Positions 28,194 to 38,493 of a DNA stretch of 64,000 bases are shown here, piece by piece; the first letter of the stretch is position 1, and every line of letters begins with the position of its first letter. A program made the translations under genes and the position numbers. Origin of the DNA: Alphaproteobacteria bacterium (GTDB lineage: Bacteria; Pseudomonadota; Alphaproteobacteria; GCA-2731375); NCBI GenBank assembly GCA_965232515.1, contig CBDDPY010000002.1:4288001-4352000 (forward strand), written 5' to 3'. The notes under the pieces are model-generated. The model made no database searches. It was not told the origin of the DNA and was given only the letters and a program-made list of their open reading frames with translations.

Positions 28194-28681
28194 CGGGCCA
28201 TCGCTATCCGCACGGCGCGCTGGTGGCCGACTATGCGCGCGCCGGACTCGGCTTCGTGATAACGGCCGGTTTAGCCTTCTTTGCGCAAATAGCACCTGTG
28301 GTAACGTACATCCTGAGCGCCCTGGCGATGGTTTTTCTGCTGTACGGCGTTCGCACCGCCATTCGACAGCAGACAAGAATCGAAATAGGCGAACAGGGGA
28401 TTGAAGCCGCCGGACCGATGGGCGCGAGCATCGCTTGGGGGGAATTGACCGATGTGCAGTTGCGTTACTATTCGACCCGGCGGGACAGGCAGGACGGCTG
28501 GATGCAGCTAGGTGTAAAAGGTGCGGGGCGTACCATCAAAGTCGATTCCACCCTTGACGGCTTCGACGACGTCGTCGCCAGCGTGGTCGCGGCGGCCGAG
28601 CGCAAGGGCCTGACCTTTGGCGAGCCGACGTTGGAGAACCTGAGGTCGATGGGCCTCGCCAGTCCGGCGGAGACGCCCTGA
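28190..28681 (+). CDS. Membrane protein (2 TM plus PH-like soluble domain)
   Basis: Two hydrophobic segments, then W..L..V.LRYYSTRR...GWMQL; overlaps both neighbours. Confidence 0.75.
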   Translation: MTGHRYPHGALVADYARAGLGFVITAGLAFFAQIAPVVTYILSALAMVFLLYGVRTAIRQQTRIEIGEQGIEAAGPMGASIAWGELTDVQLRYYSTRRDRQDGWMQLGVKGAGRTIKVDSTLDGFDDVVASVVAAAERKGLTFGEPTLENLRSMGLASPAETP

Positions 28682-30570
28682 TGGCGAATGTCCTGCGGGT
28701 GCGCGACCTCGCCGTCGAGTTCCGGGTCGCCGAGGGGCTGATCCGGGCGGTCGACGGGGTCTCGTTCACGGTGCCGCAGGGCAAGACGGTGGCGCTGGTC
28801 GGCGAGTCCGGCTCCGGCAAGAGCGTGGTCAGCCAGACCATCATGCGGATCCTGCCGAAGGTCGCGAACATCGCCGGCGGCGAAGTGCTGTTCTTCGATC
28901 CCGACAAGCCGGGCTCGTTCGTCGATATCACCCGCCTTGGCGCCCAGAGCCGGGACATGCGCATGATCCGCGGCGGCCGGATCTCGATCATCTTTCAGGA
29001 GCCGATGACCTCGCTGTCGCCGCTGCACACGATTGGCGACCAGATTTCCGAGGCGCTGCACCTGCATCGCGACGTCGACAAGGCGACCGGCCTGGAGATG
29101 GTCGCCGACATGCTGCACATGGTCGGGTTTCCCGACGCCAAGCAGGCGGTCTACAAGTATCCGTTCGAGCTGTCCGGCGGCCTGCGGCAGCGCGCCATGA
29201 TCGCCATGGCGCTGATCTGCCGGCCGGCGCTGCTGATCGCCGACGAGCCGACCACGGCGCTGGACGTGACGATCCAGGCCCAGATCCTGAAGCTGATGCA
29301 CGACCTGCAGAAGGAACTGGGCATGGCCGTGCTGATGATCACCCACGACCTGGGCGTCGTCGCTAACGTCGCCGAGGAAGTGATCGTCATGTACCACGGC
29401 AAGGTGATGGAGCGCGGCAGCGTCGCCGACATCTTCCGCAAGCCCGAGCATCCCTATCTGAAGGCGCTGCTGCAGGCCGTGCCGCGGTTCGGCATGAAGC
29501 CCGGCGAGCGCCTGACGCCGCTGCGCGAGATCAAGGCCGAGGCCGGCGGACTGCTGCGGCAGAAGGCGCCCTGGCCGGCCGACGCCGACAAGTCGGGACC
29601 GCTGCTGCAGGTCGAGCATCTGAGCAAATCCTTCACCACGCGCAAGCGCAGCATGTTCGGCGGCCAGCCGGGCGGCGCGGTCATGGCGGTCGACGACGTC
29701 AGCTTTCACATCGAACGCGGCGAGTGCCTGGGTCTGGTCGGCGAGAGCGGCTGCGGCAAGACCACGACGTCAAAGATGATCATGCGGGCGGTGTCGCCGG
29801 ATTCCGGCGGCTTGAAGCTGAACGACCACGGCAAGATCGTCGACGTGCTGGCGCTGAAGGACGACGACCTGTTCCGGTTCCGCCGCAAGGTGCAGTTCAT
29901 CTTCCAGGACCCGTTTTCGGCCCTGAACCCGCGCATGACGGTGTTCGACATCGTCGCCGAGCCACTGGTGATCCACAACATCGGCAACCAGGAAGAACGG
30001 TTCGAGCGGGTCAAGGAGCTGATGACGCTGGTCGGCCTGGACGTACGCTTCCTGCGCCGTTATCCGCACAGCTTCTCCGGCGGCCAGCGCCAGCGCATCG
30101 GCATCGCCCGGGCGCTCGCCCTGCAGCCGGACCTGCTGATCTGCGACGAACCGGTCTCGGCGCTGGACGTCAGCGTGCAGGCGCAGGTGCTGAACCTGCT
30201 GAAGGACCTGCAGGAAGAGCTCGGCCTGACCTACCTCTTCATCTCGCACAACCTGGCTGTCGTCGACTATATCGCCGACCGCATCGCCGTGATGTGCGCC
30301 GGCCGCCTGGTCGAGATGGCGCCGCGCGAGGAGCTGTTCCAGAACCCGGCGCACCCCTACACCAAGGCGCTGCTGGCGGCCGTGCCCAAGGCCGACCCCG
30401 GCGCCCGACTGGACCTGACGCTGTTGATGGAGGGCAAGGCGTCCGATCCCATGGCCTGGCCCGCGCCGTTCACGCTGGACGGCACGACGCCGGTCGACCT
30501 GATCGACATCGGCCGCGGCCACTATGTCCGCGCCGCCGTCGATCTGAGAGAACAAAAAGTGGCGGAATAA
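28681..30570 (+). CDS. Peptide/nickel-type ABC importer, fused double ATPase
   Basis: GESGSGKS and [16 protein letters not shown] and [11 protein letters not shown] motifs. Confidence 0.93.
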   Translation: MANVLRVRDLAVEFRVAEGLIRAVDGVSFTVPQGKTVALVGESGSGKSVVSQTIMRILPKVANIAGGEVLFFDPDKPGSFVDITRLGAQSRDMRMIRGGRISIIFQEPMTSLSPLHTIGDQISEALHLHRDVDKATGLEMVADMLHMVGFPDAKQAVYKYPFELSGGLRQRAMIAMALICRPALLIADEPTTALDVTIQAQILKLMHDLQKELGMAVLMITHDLGVVANVAEEVIVMYHGKVMERGSVADIFRKPEHPYLKALLQAVPRFGMKPGERLTPLREIKAEAGGLLRQKAPWPADADKSGPLLQVEHLSKSFTTRKRSMFGGQPGGAVMAVDDVSFHIERGECLGLVGESGCGKTTTSKMIMRAVSPDSGGLKLNDHGKIVDVLALKDDDLFRFRRKVQFIFQDPFSALNPRMTVFDIVAEPLVIHNIGNQEERFERVKELMTLVGLDVRFLRRYPHSFSGGQRQRIGIARALALQPDLLICDEPVSALDVSVQAQVLNLLKDLQEELGLTYLFISHNLAVVDYIADRIAVMCAGRLVEMAPREELFQNPAHPYTKALLAAVPKADPGARLDLTLLMEGKASDPMAWPAPFTLDGTTPVDLIDIGRGHYVRAAVDLREQKVAE

Positions 30571-30592
30571 AAAACCGACAAGATGAGACATC

Positions 30593-32491
30593 ATGAGGCT
30601 TCACAAACTCTTTGGCGTGGCGGTTTTGGCCGCGTTGATCACGGCGCCGGCAGCGGCCCTCGAACTGCAGGAAGTGCCGATGTTCGAGGCGGACGTCGGC
30701 GCCGGCAAGCTGCCGCCGATTCGGGAGCGCGTACCGAAGACGCCGTCCGTCGTTAGTTTCGACGGCGACGGCAAACGCGTCGGCCGCTACGGCGGCGAGC
30801 TGCGCACGCTGATCTCGCGCGCCAAAGACATCCGTCTGCTGGTCGTCTACGGCTATGCCCGCCTGGTTGCTTACAACCAGAACTTCGAGATCGTGCCGGA
30901 CATCCTGGAATCCTTCGACATCGAGGAAGGCCGGATTTTCACGCTCAAGCTGCGGGAAGGCCACCGCTGGTCGGATGGCACGCCGTTCACGTCCGAGGAC
31001 TTCCGCTATTGGTGGGAAGACGTGGCCAACAACGAACGGCTGTCGCCGTCGGGTCCGCCGCGAGCGATGTGGGTCGGCGACGAAAAGCCGGTGTTCGAGG
31101 TGCTGGACGACCGCACTGTGCGTTACACCTGGACGAAACCGAACCCGTTCTTCCTGCCGCGGCTGGCCGGCGCCTCGCCGCTCTATATCTTCCGGCCGGC
31201 GCATTACCTGCGGCCGTACCACGAGAAGTACAGCGACGCCGATGAGCTGAAAAAGCGCCTGCGGGCGGCACGGACCCGGAACTGGGCGTCGCTGCACAAC
31301 CGGCTCGACAACATGTACCGCTTCGACAACCCGGACCTGCCGACCCTGCAGCCCTGGGTGAACACCTCGAGGCCGCCGGCCACCCGCTTCGTCGCCAGCC
31401 GCAATCCCTATTATCACCGCGTCGATCCAGAAGGCCGGCAGCTGCCCTATATCGACCGGGTCGTGCTGAGCGTCGCCGACGGCAAGCTGATCCCGGCCAA
31501 GGCCGGCACCGGCGAGGCCGACCTGCAGGCCCGCAACCTTGCCTTCAACAACTACACGTTTTTGCGCGAGAACGAGGACGCCAACCGGTTCAAGACCAAC
31601 CTCTGGCGCATCGCCAAGGGCGCGCATATCGCGCTGTTCCCGAACCTGAACGCCAGCGATCCGGTCTGGCGCGAACTGATGCGCGACGTCCGCTTTCGGC
31701 GCGCGCTGAGCCTGGGCATCGACCGCTCGATCATCAATGAATCGCTCTATTTCGGCGTCGCGCTGGAGTCCAACAACACCGTGCTGCCGGACAGCCCGCT
31801 GTTCCGCGAGGAATACCAGACCATGTGGGCCGAGTACGATCCCGACCAGGCCGAAGACCTGCTGGACGAGATCGGGTTGAGCGAATTCAACGACGAGGAC
31901 GTGCGGCTGCTGCCGGACGGCCGGCCGCTGGAGATCATCGTCGAGACCGCCGGCGAGGATACCGAGCAGACCGACGTGCTGGAGCTGGTCCGCGAGACCT
32001 GGGCCGAGATCGGCATCAAGCTGTTCATCAAACCGTCGCAGCGCGAGGTCTTCCGCAACCGCGTGTTCGCCGGCGAGACCCTGATCGCGGTCTGGAGCGG
32101 CTTCGAGAACGGCGTGCCGGCGGCCGACGCCAGCCCGGCCGAATTGGCGCCCACGACGCAGCAGAGCCTGCAATGGCCGAAATGGGGGCAGTATTTCGAG
32201 ACCCAGGGGGCGGCCGGCGAAAAGCCCGATATGCCGCACGCGGTCAAGCTGTTCGAGCTGAACAACGCGTGGCTGACGGCGACCGACAAGGCCGCGCGCG
32301 AGGAAATCTGGCACAAGATGTTGTCGATTCATGCCGATCAGGTCTTTACCATCGGTCTGGTCTCGGGCGTGCAGCAGCCGGTCATCGTCCGCAACGATCT
32401 GCGGAACGTGCCGGCGGAAGGGATCTACAACTGGGATCCGGGCGCGCATTTCGGGATCTACCGACCGGACACCTTCTGGTTCGACCGGTAG
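30593..32491 (+). CDS. ABC substrate-binding protein family 5
   Basis: Signal peptide, GKLPPI.ERVP..P, LREGHRWSDG.PFT.ED, NPYYHRVDPEG.QLPYID. Confidence 0.92.
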   Translation: MRLHKLFGVAVLAALITAPAAALELQEVPMFEADVGAGKLPPIRERVPKTPSVVSFDGDGKRVGRYGGELRTLISRAKDIRLLVVYGYARLVAYNQNFEIVPDILESFDIEEGRIFTLKLREGHRWSDGTPFTSEDFRYWWEDVANNERLSPSGPPRAMWVGDEKPVFEVLDDRTVRYTWTKPNPFFLPRLAGASPLYIFRPAHYLRPYHEKYSDADELKKRLRAARTRNWASLHNRLDNMYRFDNPDLPTLQPWVNTSRPPATRFVASRNPYYHRVDPEGRQLPYIDRVVLSVADGKLIPAKAGTGEADLQARNLAFNNYTFLRENEDANRFKTNLWRIAKGAHIALFPNLNASDPVWRELMRDVRFRRALSLGIDRSIINESLYFGVALESNNTVLPDSPLFREEYQTMWAEYDPDQAEDLLDEIGLSEFNDEDVRLLPDGRPLEIIVETAGEDTEQTDVLELVRETWAEIGIKLFIKPSQREVFRNRVFAGETLIAVWSGFENGVPAADASPAELAPTTQQSLQWPKWGQYFETQGAAGEKPDMPHAVKLFELNNAWLTATDKAAREEIWHKMLSIHADQVFTIGLVSGVQQPVIVRNDLRNVPAEGIYNWDPGAHFGIYRPDTFWFDR

Positions 32492-32533
32492 TGACGCACC
32501 GCCGCTGAGGGCCGACCGCGGAGCCAAGGTCTG

Positions 32534-33559
32534 ATGTTCACCTATTTCGTCCAACGCGTGCTGATCATGATTCCGACGCTGCTGGTGATCAGCGTCATCA
32601 CGTTCATCATCATTCAGCTGCCGCCGGGCGACTATCTGACCAACCTGATCGAGGAACTGAAGTCGCAGGGCGACACCGCGGCGCTGGAGAAGATCGAGTT
32701 CCTGCGCAAGGAATACGGCCTCGACCGGCCGATGCTGGAACAGTACGCGATCTGGCTCGGCATCTGGCCCGGCACCAACGGCTTTAGCGGCATCCTGCAG
32801 GGCGATCTCGGTTGGTCGTTCGAATATCAGCGCCCCGTCGACGAGGTCGTCGGCGACCGGCTGATGCTGTCGATCCTGCTGAACTTCGCCGTGATCCTGT
32901 TCGTTTACGTGGTCTCGTTCCCGATCGGCGTCTACACCGCCGTGCGGCAATATTCCGTCGGCGACCACGTGATGACGTTCGTGGGCTATATCGGCCTGGC
33001 GACGCCGAACTTCCTGCTAGCCCTGATCATGCTGTATCTCGCCAACGTCTGGTTCGGCTTGCAGATCGGCGGCCTGATGGACGACGAATACATCGGCCAG
33101 CCCTGGTCCTGGGGCAAGACGGTGTCGATCCTGCAGCACCTGATCATCCCGGTGATCGTGATCGGCACCTCGGGCACGGCCGGCATGATCCGCCGCCTGC
33201 GCGCGAACCTGCTGGACGAGCTGCAGAAGCAGTACGTCACCACGGCCCGCGCCAAGGGCCTGAAGAACACGAAGCTGCTGATCAAGTATCCGCTGCGCAT
33301 GTCGCTGAACCCGTTCATCGCCGATATCGGCAACCTGCTGCCGCAGATGATCTCGGGCTCGGCCATCGTCGCCGTGGTGATGTCGCTGCCGACGTCGGGC
33401 CCGATGCTGGTCAGCGCGCTGCAGAGCCAGGACCAGTATCTCGCCGGCTCGTTCCTGTTGTTCCTTGCCTTCCTGACCGTGGTCGGCATGTTCATCTCGG
33501 ACGTGGCGCTGGCGGCGCTCGATCCGCGCATCCGGCTCGGCGCGGAGGCCAGCCGATGA
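32534..33559 (+). CDS. ABC permease (OppB/DppB-like)
   Basis: LPPGD, YGLDRP, YVTTARAKGL, LDPRIR. Confidence 0.92.
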   Translation: MFTYFVQRVLIMIPTLLVISVITFIIIQLPPGDYLTNLIEELKSQGDTAALEKIEFLRKEYGLDRPMLEQYAIWLGIWPGTNGFSGILQGDLGWSFEYQRPVDEVVGDRLMLSILLNFAVILFVYVVSFPIGVYTAVRQYSVGDHVMTFVGYIGLATPNFLLALIMLYLANVWFGLQIGGLMDDEYIGQPWSWGKTVSILQHLIIPVIVIGTSGTAGMIRRLRANLLDELQKQYVTTARAKGLKNTKLLIKYPLRMSLNPFIADIGNLLPQMISGSAIVAVVMSLPTSGPMLVSALQSQDQYLAGSFLLFLAFLTVVGMFISDVALAALDPRIRLGAEASR

Positions 33560-34743
33560 GCACGCGCAGCGAGGGCGGCGAACACTGGGTCTCGGACGCG
33601 CCGTTCGATCCGTATTCGGTCGAGGAGCTGACGCCGGAGCAGGAACGCTTCTACATGGCGTCGCAGTGGCAGCTGATGTGGTGGAAGCTGAAGCGCCACC
33701 CGCTGGCCGTCGGCTCCGGCATCTTCCTGGCCGTGATCTATCTCTCGATCCTGATCTCGGAAGTGATCGCGCCCTACAGCCTGCACAAGCGCAACGCCAA
33801 GTTCATCTACGCGCCGCCGCAGAGCATCAACCTGTTCCACGACGGCAGCTTCGTCGGCCCCTTCGTCTACGGCTATACCGTGACCAAGGACCTGAAGCGG
33901 ATGAAGCGGATCTACACCGTGGATGAAACCAAGGTGCATCCGATCCGGTTCTTCTGCCTGGGCGAGCGCTATAAGTTCTGGGGCGAGTGGCGCGGCCGGT
34001 TCCACCTGTTCTGCCCGTCCGACATCGAGGTCGACGGCAAGACCGTGAAGGGCACGGTGTTCCTGATGGGCACCGACCGGCTGGGCCGCGACATCTTCTC
34101 GCGCATCGTCTATGGCGCGCGGATCTCGCTGACCGTCGGCCTGATCGGCATCGCCATCAGCTTCGTCGTCGGCCTGACGCTGGGCGGGCTCGCCGGCTAT
34201 TACGGCGGCTGGATCGACAACGTCGTACAGCGCATGATCGAGATGATCCGCAGCTTCCCGGAGCTGCCGTTATGGATGGCGCTGTCGGCGGCGCTGCCGG
34301 TGACCTGGAGCCCGATCGGCGTGTTCTTCGGCATCACCGTGATCCTGGGGCTCTTGGACTGGCCGGGACTTGCGCGCGCCGTGCGCTCGAAGCTGCTCGC
34401 GCTCCGCGAGGAAGACTTCGCCAGCGCCGCCGTGCTGATGGGCGCATCGCCCCGCCGGGTAATCGCGCGGCACCTGCTGCCGAACTTCATGAGCCACATC
34501 ATCGCCAGCCTGTCCTTGTCGATCCCGTCGATGATTCTCGCCGAGACGGCGCTGTCGTTCCTCGGCCTCGGCCTGCGCCCGCCGGTGACGAGCTGGGGCG
34601 TGCTGCTGAACGAGGCGCAGAACATCAACGCGGTGGCGATCTATCCCTGGCTGATCTTCCCCATGCTGCCGGTGATCCTGGTGGTGCTGGCCTTCAACTT
34701 CCTGGGCGACGGCCTGCGCGACGCCGCCGATCCCTACAAGTAG
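33556..34743 (+). CDS. ABC permease (OppC/DppC-like)
   Basis: GTDRLGRDIFSR, GARISL, LSFLGLG, GDGLRDAADP. Confidence 0.92.
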   Translation: MSTRSEGGEHWVSDAPFDPYSVEELTPEQERFYMASQWQLMWWKLKRHPLAVGSGIFLAVIYLSILISEVIAPYSLHKRNAKFIYAPPQSINLFHDGSFVGPFVYGYTVTKDLKRMKRIYTVDETKVHPIRFFCLGERYKFWGEWRGRFHLFCPSDIEVDGKTVKGTVFLMGTDRLGRDIFSRIVYGARISLTVGLIGIAISFVVGLTLGGLAGYYGGWIDNVVQRMIEMIRSFPELPLWMALSAALPVTWSPIGVFFGITVILGLLDWPGLARAVRSKLLALREEDFASAAVLMGASPRRVIARHLLPNFMSHIIASLSLSIPSMILAETALSFLGLGLRPPVTSWGVLLNEAQNINAVAIYPWLIFPMLPVILVVLAFNFLGDGLRDAADPYK

Positions 34744-34981
34744 CGGCGACGTCCGAGGCGGGGGGTGCCGCGCCCCGCAAACCGCGGAACAACCCCATGC
34801 AAAGGGGCGTCCCGCGCGCCTGAACCGCAAAAGTGCGGCAATTCCGACACGACGCGAGCGGCCCGTCCGGGGTAGAATCTCGACGCTCCGCATCATCGAT
34901 TGATTCGCTTTTGCCGCCGGACGGATCCGCGCGGCCGGTCGATGCCGCGGACCGTTGCAAGCCGACATGGGAGATTTGGAC

Positions 34982-35482
34982 ATGACCCCGTCAGAGGACG
35001 GTGGCGGCGACGTCGCGCGGCCGTTGACCGTGGAAGTGCGCGACCGGCGCGGGTTAATGCGCCTGACCGGCAGCCGCGATCCGGACTTCGCGCGGCGGCT
35101 GCTGGACCAGCTGGCCGAGACCCTGTGGCTTCCGGCCGACCTCAGTCCCGCCGCACGGCAGGCGCGGCTGTCGGCGGCCGTCGCAGGCCTGCGCGATCTG
35201 GCCCCGCGCGACGCGGCGGACGGCCTGCTGGCGAGCCAGATGCTGGCGACGCACGCGGCGGCCATGGAATGCCTGCGCCGCGCCATGCTGGAGAGCCAGA
35301 CCGCGGCCGGCCGTGAAGCCAATCTCGCCCTCGCCACCCGGCTGTCGAACCTGCATCTGCGGCAGCTCGCGGCCTACGACCGCCGGCGCGGTCGGGGGCA
35401 GCAGAAGGTGACGGTCGAGCACGTCAACGTCGCCGACGGCGGCCAGGCCATCGTCGGCAACGTCAGCCATCGGTCGGAGTGA
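34982..35482 (+). CDS. Hypothetical protein of the 'KVTVEHVNV..GGQAIVGNV' family (mobile-element/phage associated)
   Basis: APRDAADGLLASQM...RRRGRGQQKVTVEHVNVADGGQAIVGNV; SD GGAG; precedes an HGGxSTG-like gene. Confidence 0.7.
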   Translation: MTPSEDGGGDVARPLTVEVRDRRGLMRLTGSRDPDFARRLLDQLAETLWLPADLSPAARQARLSAAVAGLRDLAPRDAADGLLASQMLATHAAAMECLRRAMLESQTAAGREANLALATRLSNLHLRQLAAYDRRRGRGQQKVTVEHVNVADGGQAIVGNVSHRSE

Positions 35483-35499
35483 AATCAACAAACGAATGA

Positions 35500-35588
35500 T
35501 CGCCGCCAAGGCGCAAAGACACCAAGGTCACGCCGGAGAGGCATCACACATTTCGCGTGATCTTGGCGCCTTGGCGACTTGGCGGTGA
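35500..35588. repeat. Inverted repeat of tandem ~9-nt (C)GCCAAG units, family C
   Basis: CGCCAAGGCGCAAAGACACCAAG ... CTTGGCGCCTTGGCGACTTGGCG. Confidence 0.75.
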
Positions 35589-35611
35589 AAATGCAACGGA
35601 GAAATCAAGCG

Positions 35612-35881
35612 ATGCCAGGCAAGCCAGGACCAGATTGGCGGCGGATGTGGGCGAGCCCGCGCTGCGGGGCGCGGACGCGGAAAGGCTCCGCTTGCCAGGC
35701 GCCGGCGGTCGCGGGGCGGCGGCGCTGCCGCATGCATGGCGGGGCCGAGGGCGCGGGCGCGCCGATGGGCAATCAAAACGCCTTGAAGCACGGCCGCTGC
35801 GCGCGGGCCGCGATCGATGAGCGCCACGAAATCCGCCGGCTGATCGAGATGGCGCGGCAACACTTGCTGGAAACCCGCTAG
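35612..35881 (+). CDS. HGGxSTG-like zinc-finger protein
   Basis: RCGARTRKGSACQAPAV.GRRRCRMHGG..GAP.GNQNALKHG. Confidence 0.8.
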   Translation: MPGKPGPDWRRMWASPRCGARTRKGSACQAPAVAGRRRCRMHGGAEGAGAPMGNQNALKHGRCARAAIDERHEIRRLIEMARQHLLETR

Positions 35882-35975
35882 GCTGGGCCGGCAGACTGAA
35901 ATCACATCTGGATTGTCATCCGATGTTCCCGCTGCATGTCGCAATAAATTGGCCCGCGATAGAGGGAGACACGAC

Positions 35976-36392
35976 ATGACCGAGATAACCGGCGGCTGCC
36001 TCTGCGGCGCCGTCCGCTTTTCGGCCGAGACCGACGCGCCGATCTCGCTCGCCTGCCATTGCCGCGACTGCCAGTACGTGTCCGGCGGCGCGCCGGCGGT
36101 CGTGGTCGTTGTGCCGTCGGCGGCCTTGGCGGTGACGGGCGACACGCGCACCTTTCGCGCCGCTGCTGACTCGGGCACCGAGGTCCACCGCGCGTTCTGC
36201 CCGGACTGCGGCACGCCACTGTTCGCCGGCAACGCCGCGCATCCGGAGGTGGTCTCCATCAAGCTCGGCACGCTCGACGACCCGGCCGCGTTCGCGCCAC
36301 AGGGTCATATCTGGACCGCCTCGGCCCAGCCCTGGCACCACATCGACCGCGCGTTGCCCTGTAGTGAGAGGAACCCGCAGCTCGGCGGTTAG
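35976..36392 (+). CDS. GFA family protein (CENP-V/Gfa)
   Basis: GGCLCGAVRF, CHCRDCQ, FCPDCGTPL, GTLDD. Confidence 0.9.
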   Translation: MTEITGGCLCGAVRFSAETDAPISLACHCRDCQYVSGGAPAVVVVVPSAALAVTGDTRTFRAAADSGTEVHRAFCPDCGTPLFAGNAAHPEVVSIKLGTLDDPAAFAPQGHIWTASAQPWHHIDRALPCSERNPQLGG

Positions 36393-36480
36393 ATACAAGT
36401 CAAAGCGGCGACGCCCCCCGTTCGCTATTCAGACGCCAATGCCGCGCGCCGGCATGGAGAGACATTCGAGGGAGGGGATC

Positions 36481-36861
36481 ATGTTCCGCTATGCGTTTCT
36501 GCTCGCGGCCGTCTTGGCCGCGTCCGCCGCCGCACGTGCCGACGGCAATGTCGATGCCGGCATGTGGGTGTTCGCCAAGGATTGCAGCGCCTGTCACAGC
36601 CTGCAGCCGGAGATCAACAAGCTTGGCCCGACGCTGGCCGGCATCAACGGCCGCGAAGCCGGCTCGCTCGACGGCTTCGGCTACTCCGAAGGCCTCGCGG
36701 CCGAGACGTTTATCTGGACCGATGCGTTGCTGGCCGAATACCTGACCACGCCGACCAAGTCGGGCGGCGGCGATCAATTGCTGCACAGCGTGCACATGAA
36801 CTTCGAGGGCCTGTCAGACCAGAAAGCCGCAGACCTGATCGCGTTCCTGTCGATGTTCTGA
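36481..36861 (+). CDS. Class I cytochrome c (c2-like)
   Basis: Signal peptide, CSACH, GPTL.GI.GR.AG, distal Met in HMNF. Confidence 0.85.
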   Translation: MFRYAFLLAAVLAASAAARADGNVDAGMWVFAKDCSACHSLQPEINKLGPTLAGINGREAGSLDGFGYSEGLAAETFIWTDALLAEYLTTPTKSGGGDQLLHSVHMNFEGLSDQKAADLIAFLSMF

Positions 36862-36889
36862 GGTCGGCGTCGCGGCGGGCGGCGCAGAC

Positions 36890-37597
36890 GTGGCCGCGAC
36901 GCCGCAAGATCCGGACCTGACGGCCGGCCTGTTCCGTCGGTTGCTGCAGATCGGCCTGCTGTTCACGGCACAGCTCGCGGTGCTGCTGCTGGCGTCGGGC
37001 AAGCCGGGCTGGATCTGGGCCTGGGTCTATTTCAGCATCTATGTGGTCGGCACAACGGTGAACGCGCTGCTGCTGCTGAAACGCAGCCCCGAGACCATCG
37101 TCGAGCGCGGCAAAATCGCCGGCATGGCCGGCTGGGACAAGATCGTCGGCGGCCTCTGGGGCGTCGTGTTCCTGCTCGGCCTGCCGCTGACCGCTGGCCT
37201 GGACGAACGCCTCGGCTGGACCGGCGACCAGGCTCTCGGCATCCACGTGACCGGCGTGCTGCTGTTCGTCCTGGGCTATGCGCTGATCAGCTGGGCCATG
37301 ATCGAGAACGCCTTCTTCGCCACGGTCGCCCGTATCCAGCCCGAGCGCGGCCAGACGGTCTGCACCTCAGGCCCCTATCGGCTGGTGCGGCATCCGGGCT
37401 ACATCGCCGCCATCGTCCAGGGTCTGGCGGCGCCGCTCATGTTCGGCTCGACCTGGGCGTTTCTGCCGGGATGCCTGGCCGCCGCGCTGATGGTCCTGCG
37501 CACGGTCCTGGAGGACCGGATGCTGCTGCGCGATCTCGACGGCTACCGCGCCTACGCCGACTGCGTCCGCTACCGGCTGCTGCCGGGGCTGTGGTGA
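36890..37597 (+). CDS. Isoprenylcysteine carboxyl methyltransferase (ICMT/PEMT) family membrane protein
   Basis: Multiple TMs, ENAFF, GPYRLVRHPGY, ED.ML...L.GY..Y...VRYRL. Confidence 0.87.
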   Translation: MAATPQDPDLTAGLFRRLLQIGLLFTAQLAVLLLASGKPGWIWAWVYFSIYVVGTTVNALLLLKRSPETIVERGKIAGMAGWDKIVGGLWGVVFLLGLPLTAGLDERLGWTGDQALGIHVTGVLLFVLGYALISWAMIENAFFATVARIQPERGQTVCTSGPYRLVRHPGYIAAIVQGLAAPLMFGSTWAFLPGCLAAALMVLRTVLEDRMLLRDLDGYRAYADCVRYRLLPGLW

Positions 37598-37606
37598 CGG
37601 CGCCGG

Positions 37607-38368
37607 CTAGCGCCGCCAGAAGCCTTCCTTGTCGATCTGGTGGAGGGCGGCGAGTTCGGCTTCGGTAGGGGGTGGGGTGTCGGCAACGTTCGGCATGGAC
37701 TGCAGGTCCCAGCCGGTGTTCTCGACGACTTCCTCGACCGTGTGGCCGGGATGGACGGCGGCGAGGTGGAGTTCGTTGGTGGGCCCGTGGGGGCGCAGGA
37801 TGGCGCGGTCGGTGATGACCACGGCCGGGCCGCCGCCCGGCAGGCCGGCGCGCTGGCGGGCGTCGCCGCCGTCGAGATAGCCGGGCGAGGTGATGTAGTC
37901 GACACGCTCGACCAGGCGGTGCTTCTGGTGGTTGATGATGACGATCAGGCGTTCGGCCATGGCGGCGATGTCGGGCGCGCCGCCCGAGCCCGGCAGCTTG
38001 ACCGTCGGCGCGTCGGTATCGCCGATATAGGACGTGTTGATGTTGCCGAAGCGGTCGATCTCGGCCCCGCCGATGAAGCCGGCATGGATGCGGCCGCCGC
38101 TCAACAGGCCCATGATCTGGATCAGGCCGGTGGTCCAGGCCGCGCCCAGCTGGTTCGGGCCGTCGCACATGGTGTAAAGCATGTCGTCGGCCGGCGCGTA
38201 GCGGGCGACGCCACTCTCGAACAGGCCGACCGCGTTCGGCGCGTGCGTTAGGCGGGCGACGCCGTAGGCGGTGATCGGCAGGCGCATGCCCACGAAAATC
38301 CGTTCGCCATCGGCGATCTCGCGCGCCGCGGCGATGATCATCAGTTCCTGGGTCGAGTAGTCGGACAT
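37607..38368 (-). CDS. CoA-transferase subunit B (glutaconate CoA-transferase-like)
   Basis: FVGMRLP, LFESG (catalytic Glu), GGAEIDRFGNINT, LPGSGG, VDYITSPG, HPG. Confidence 0.88.
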   Translation of the reverse strand: MSDYSTQELMIIAAAREIADGERIFVGMRLPITAYGVARLTHAPNAVGLFESGVARYAPADDMLYTMCDGPNQLGAAWTTGLIQIMGLLSGGRIHAGFIGGAEIDRFGNINTSYIGDTDAPTVKLPGSGGAPDIAAMAERLIVIINHQKHRLVERVDYITSPGYLDGGDARQRAGLPGGGPAVVITDRAILRPHGPTNELHLAAVHPGHTVEEVVENTGWDLQSMPNVADTPPPTEAELAALHQIDKEGFWRR

Positions 38369-38436
38369 GGCGGTGCCTATTGTGGTGTGGCGGCGCGGCG
38401 GTCTGCAAACGGCGAGCGCGGAATCCCACGGCGGGT

Positions 38437-38493
38437 AATTACGGTGACAGTAACCTTAATTCGAAACGAATTAAGGTTACTGTCACCGTAATT
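38437..38493. repeat. Perfect 27-bp-arm palindrome, family D
   Basis: AATTACGGTGACAGTAACCTTAATTCG-AAA-CGAATTAAGGTTACTGTCACCGTAATT. Confidence 0.9.

Noticed and set aside
28100-28560. Local drop in GC content
   Set aside because: Lies within continuous, overlapping ORFs; no repeat or mobile-element boundary visible; at most an internal promoter
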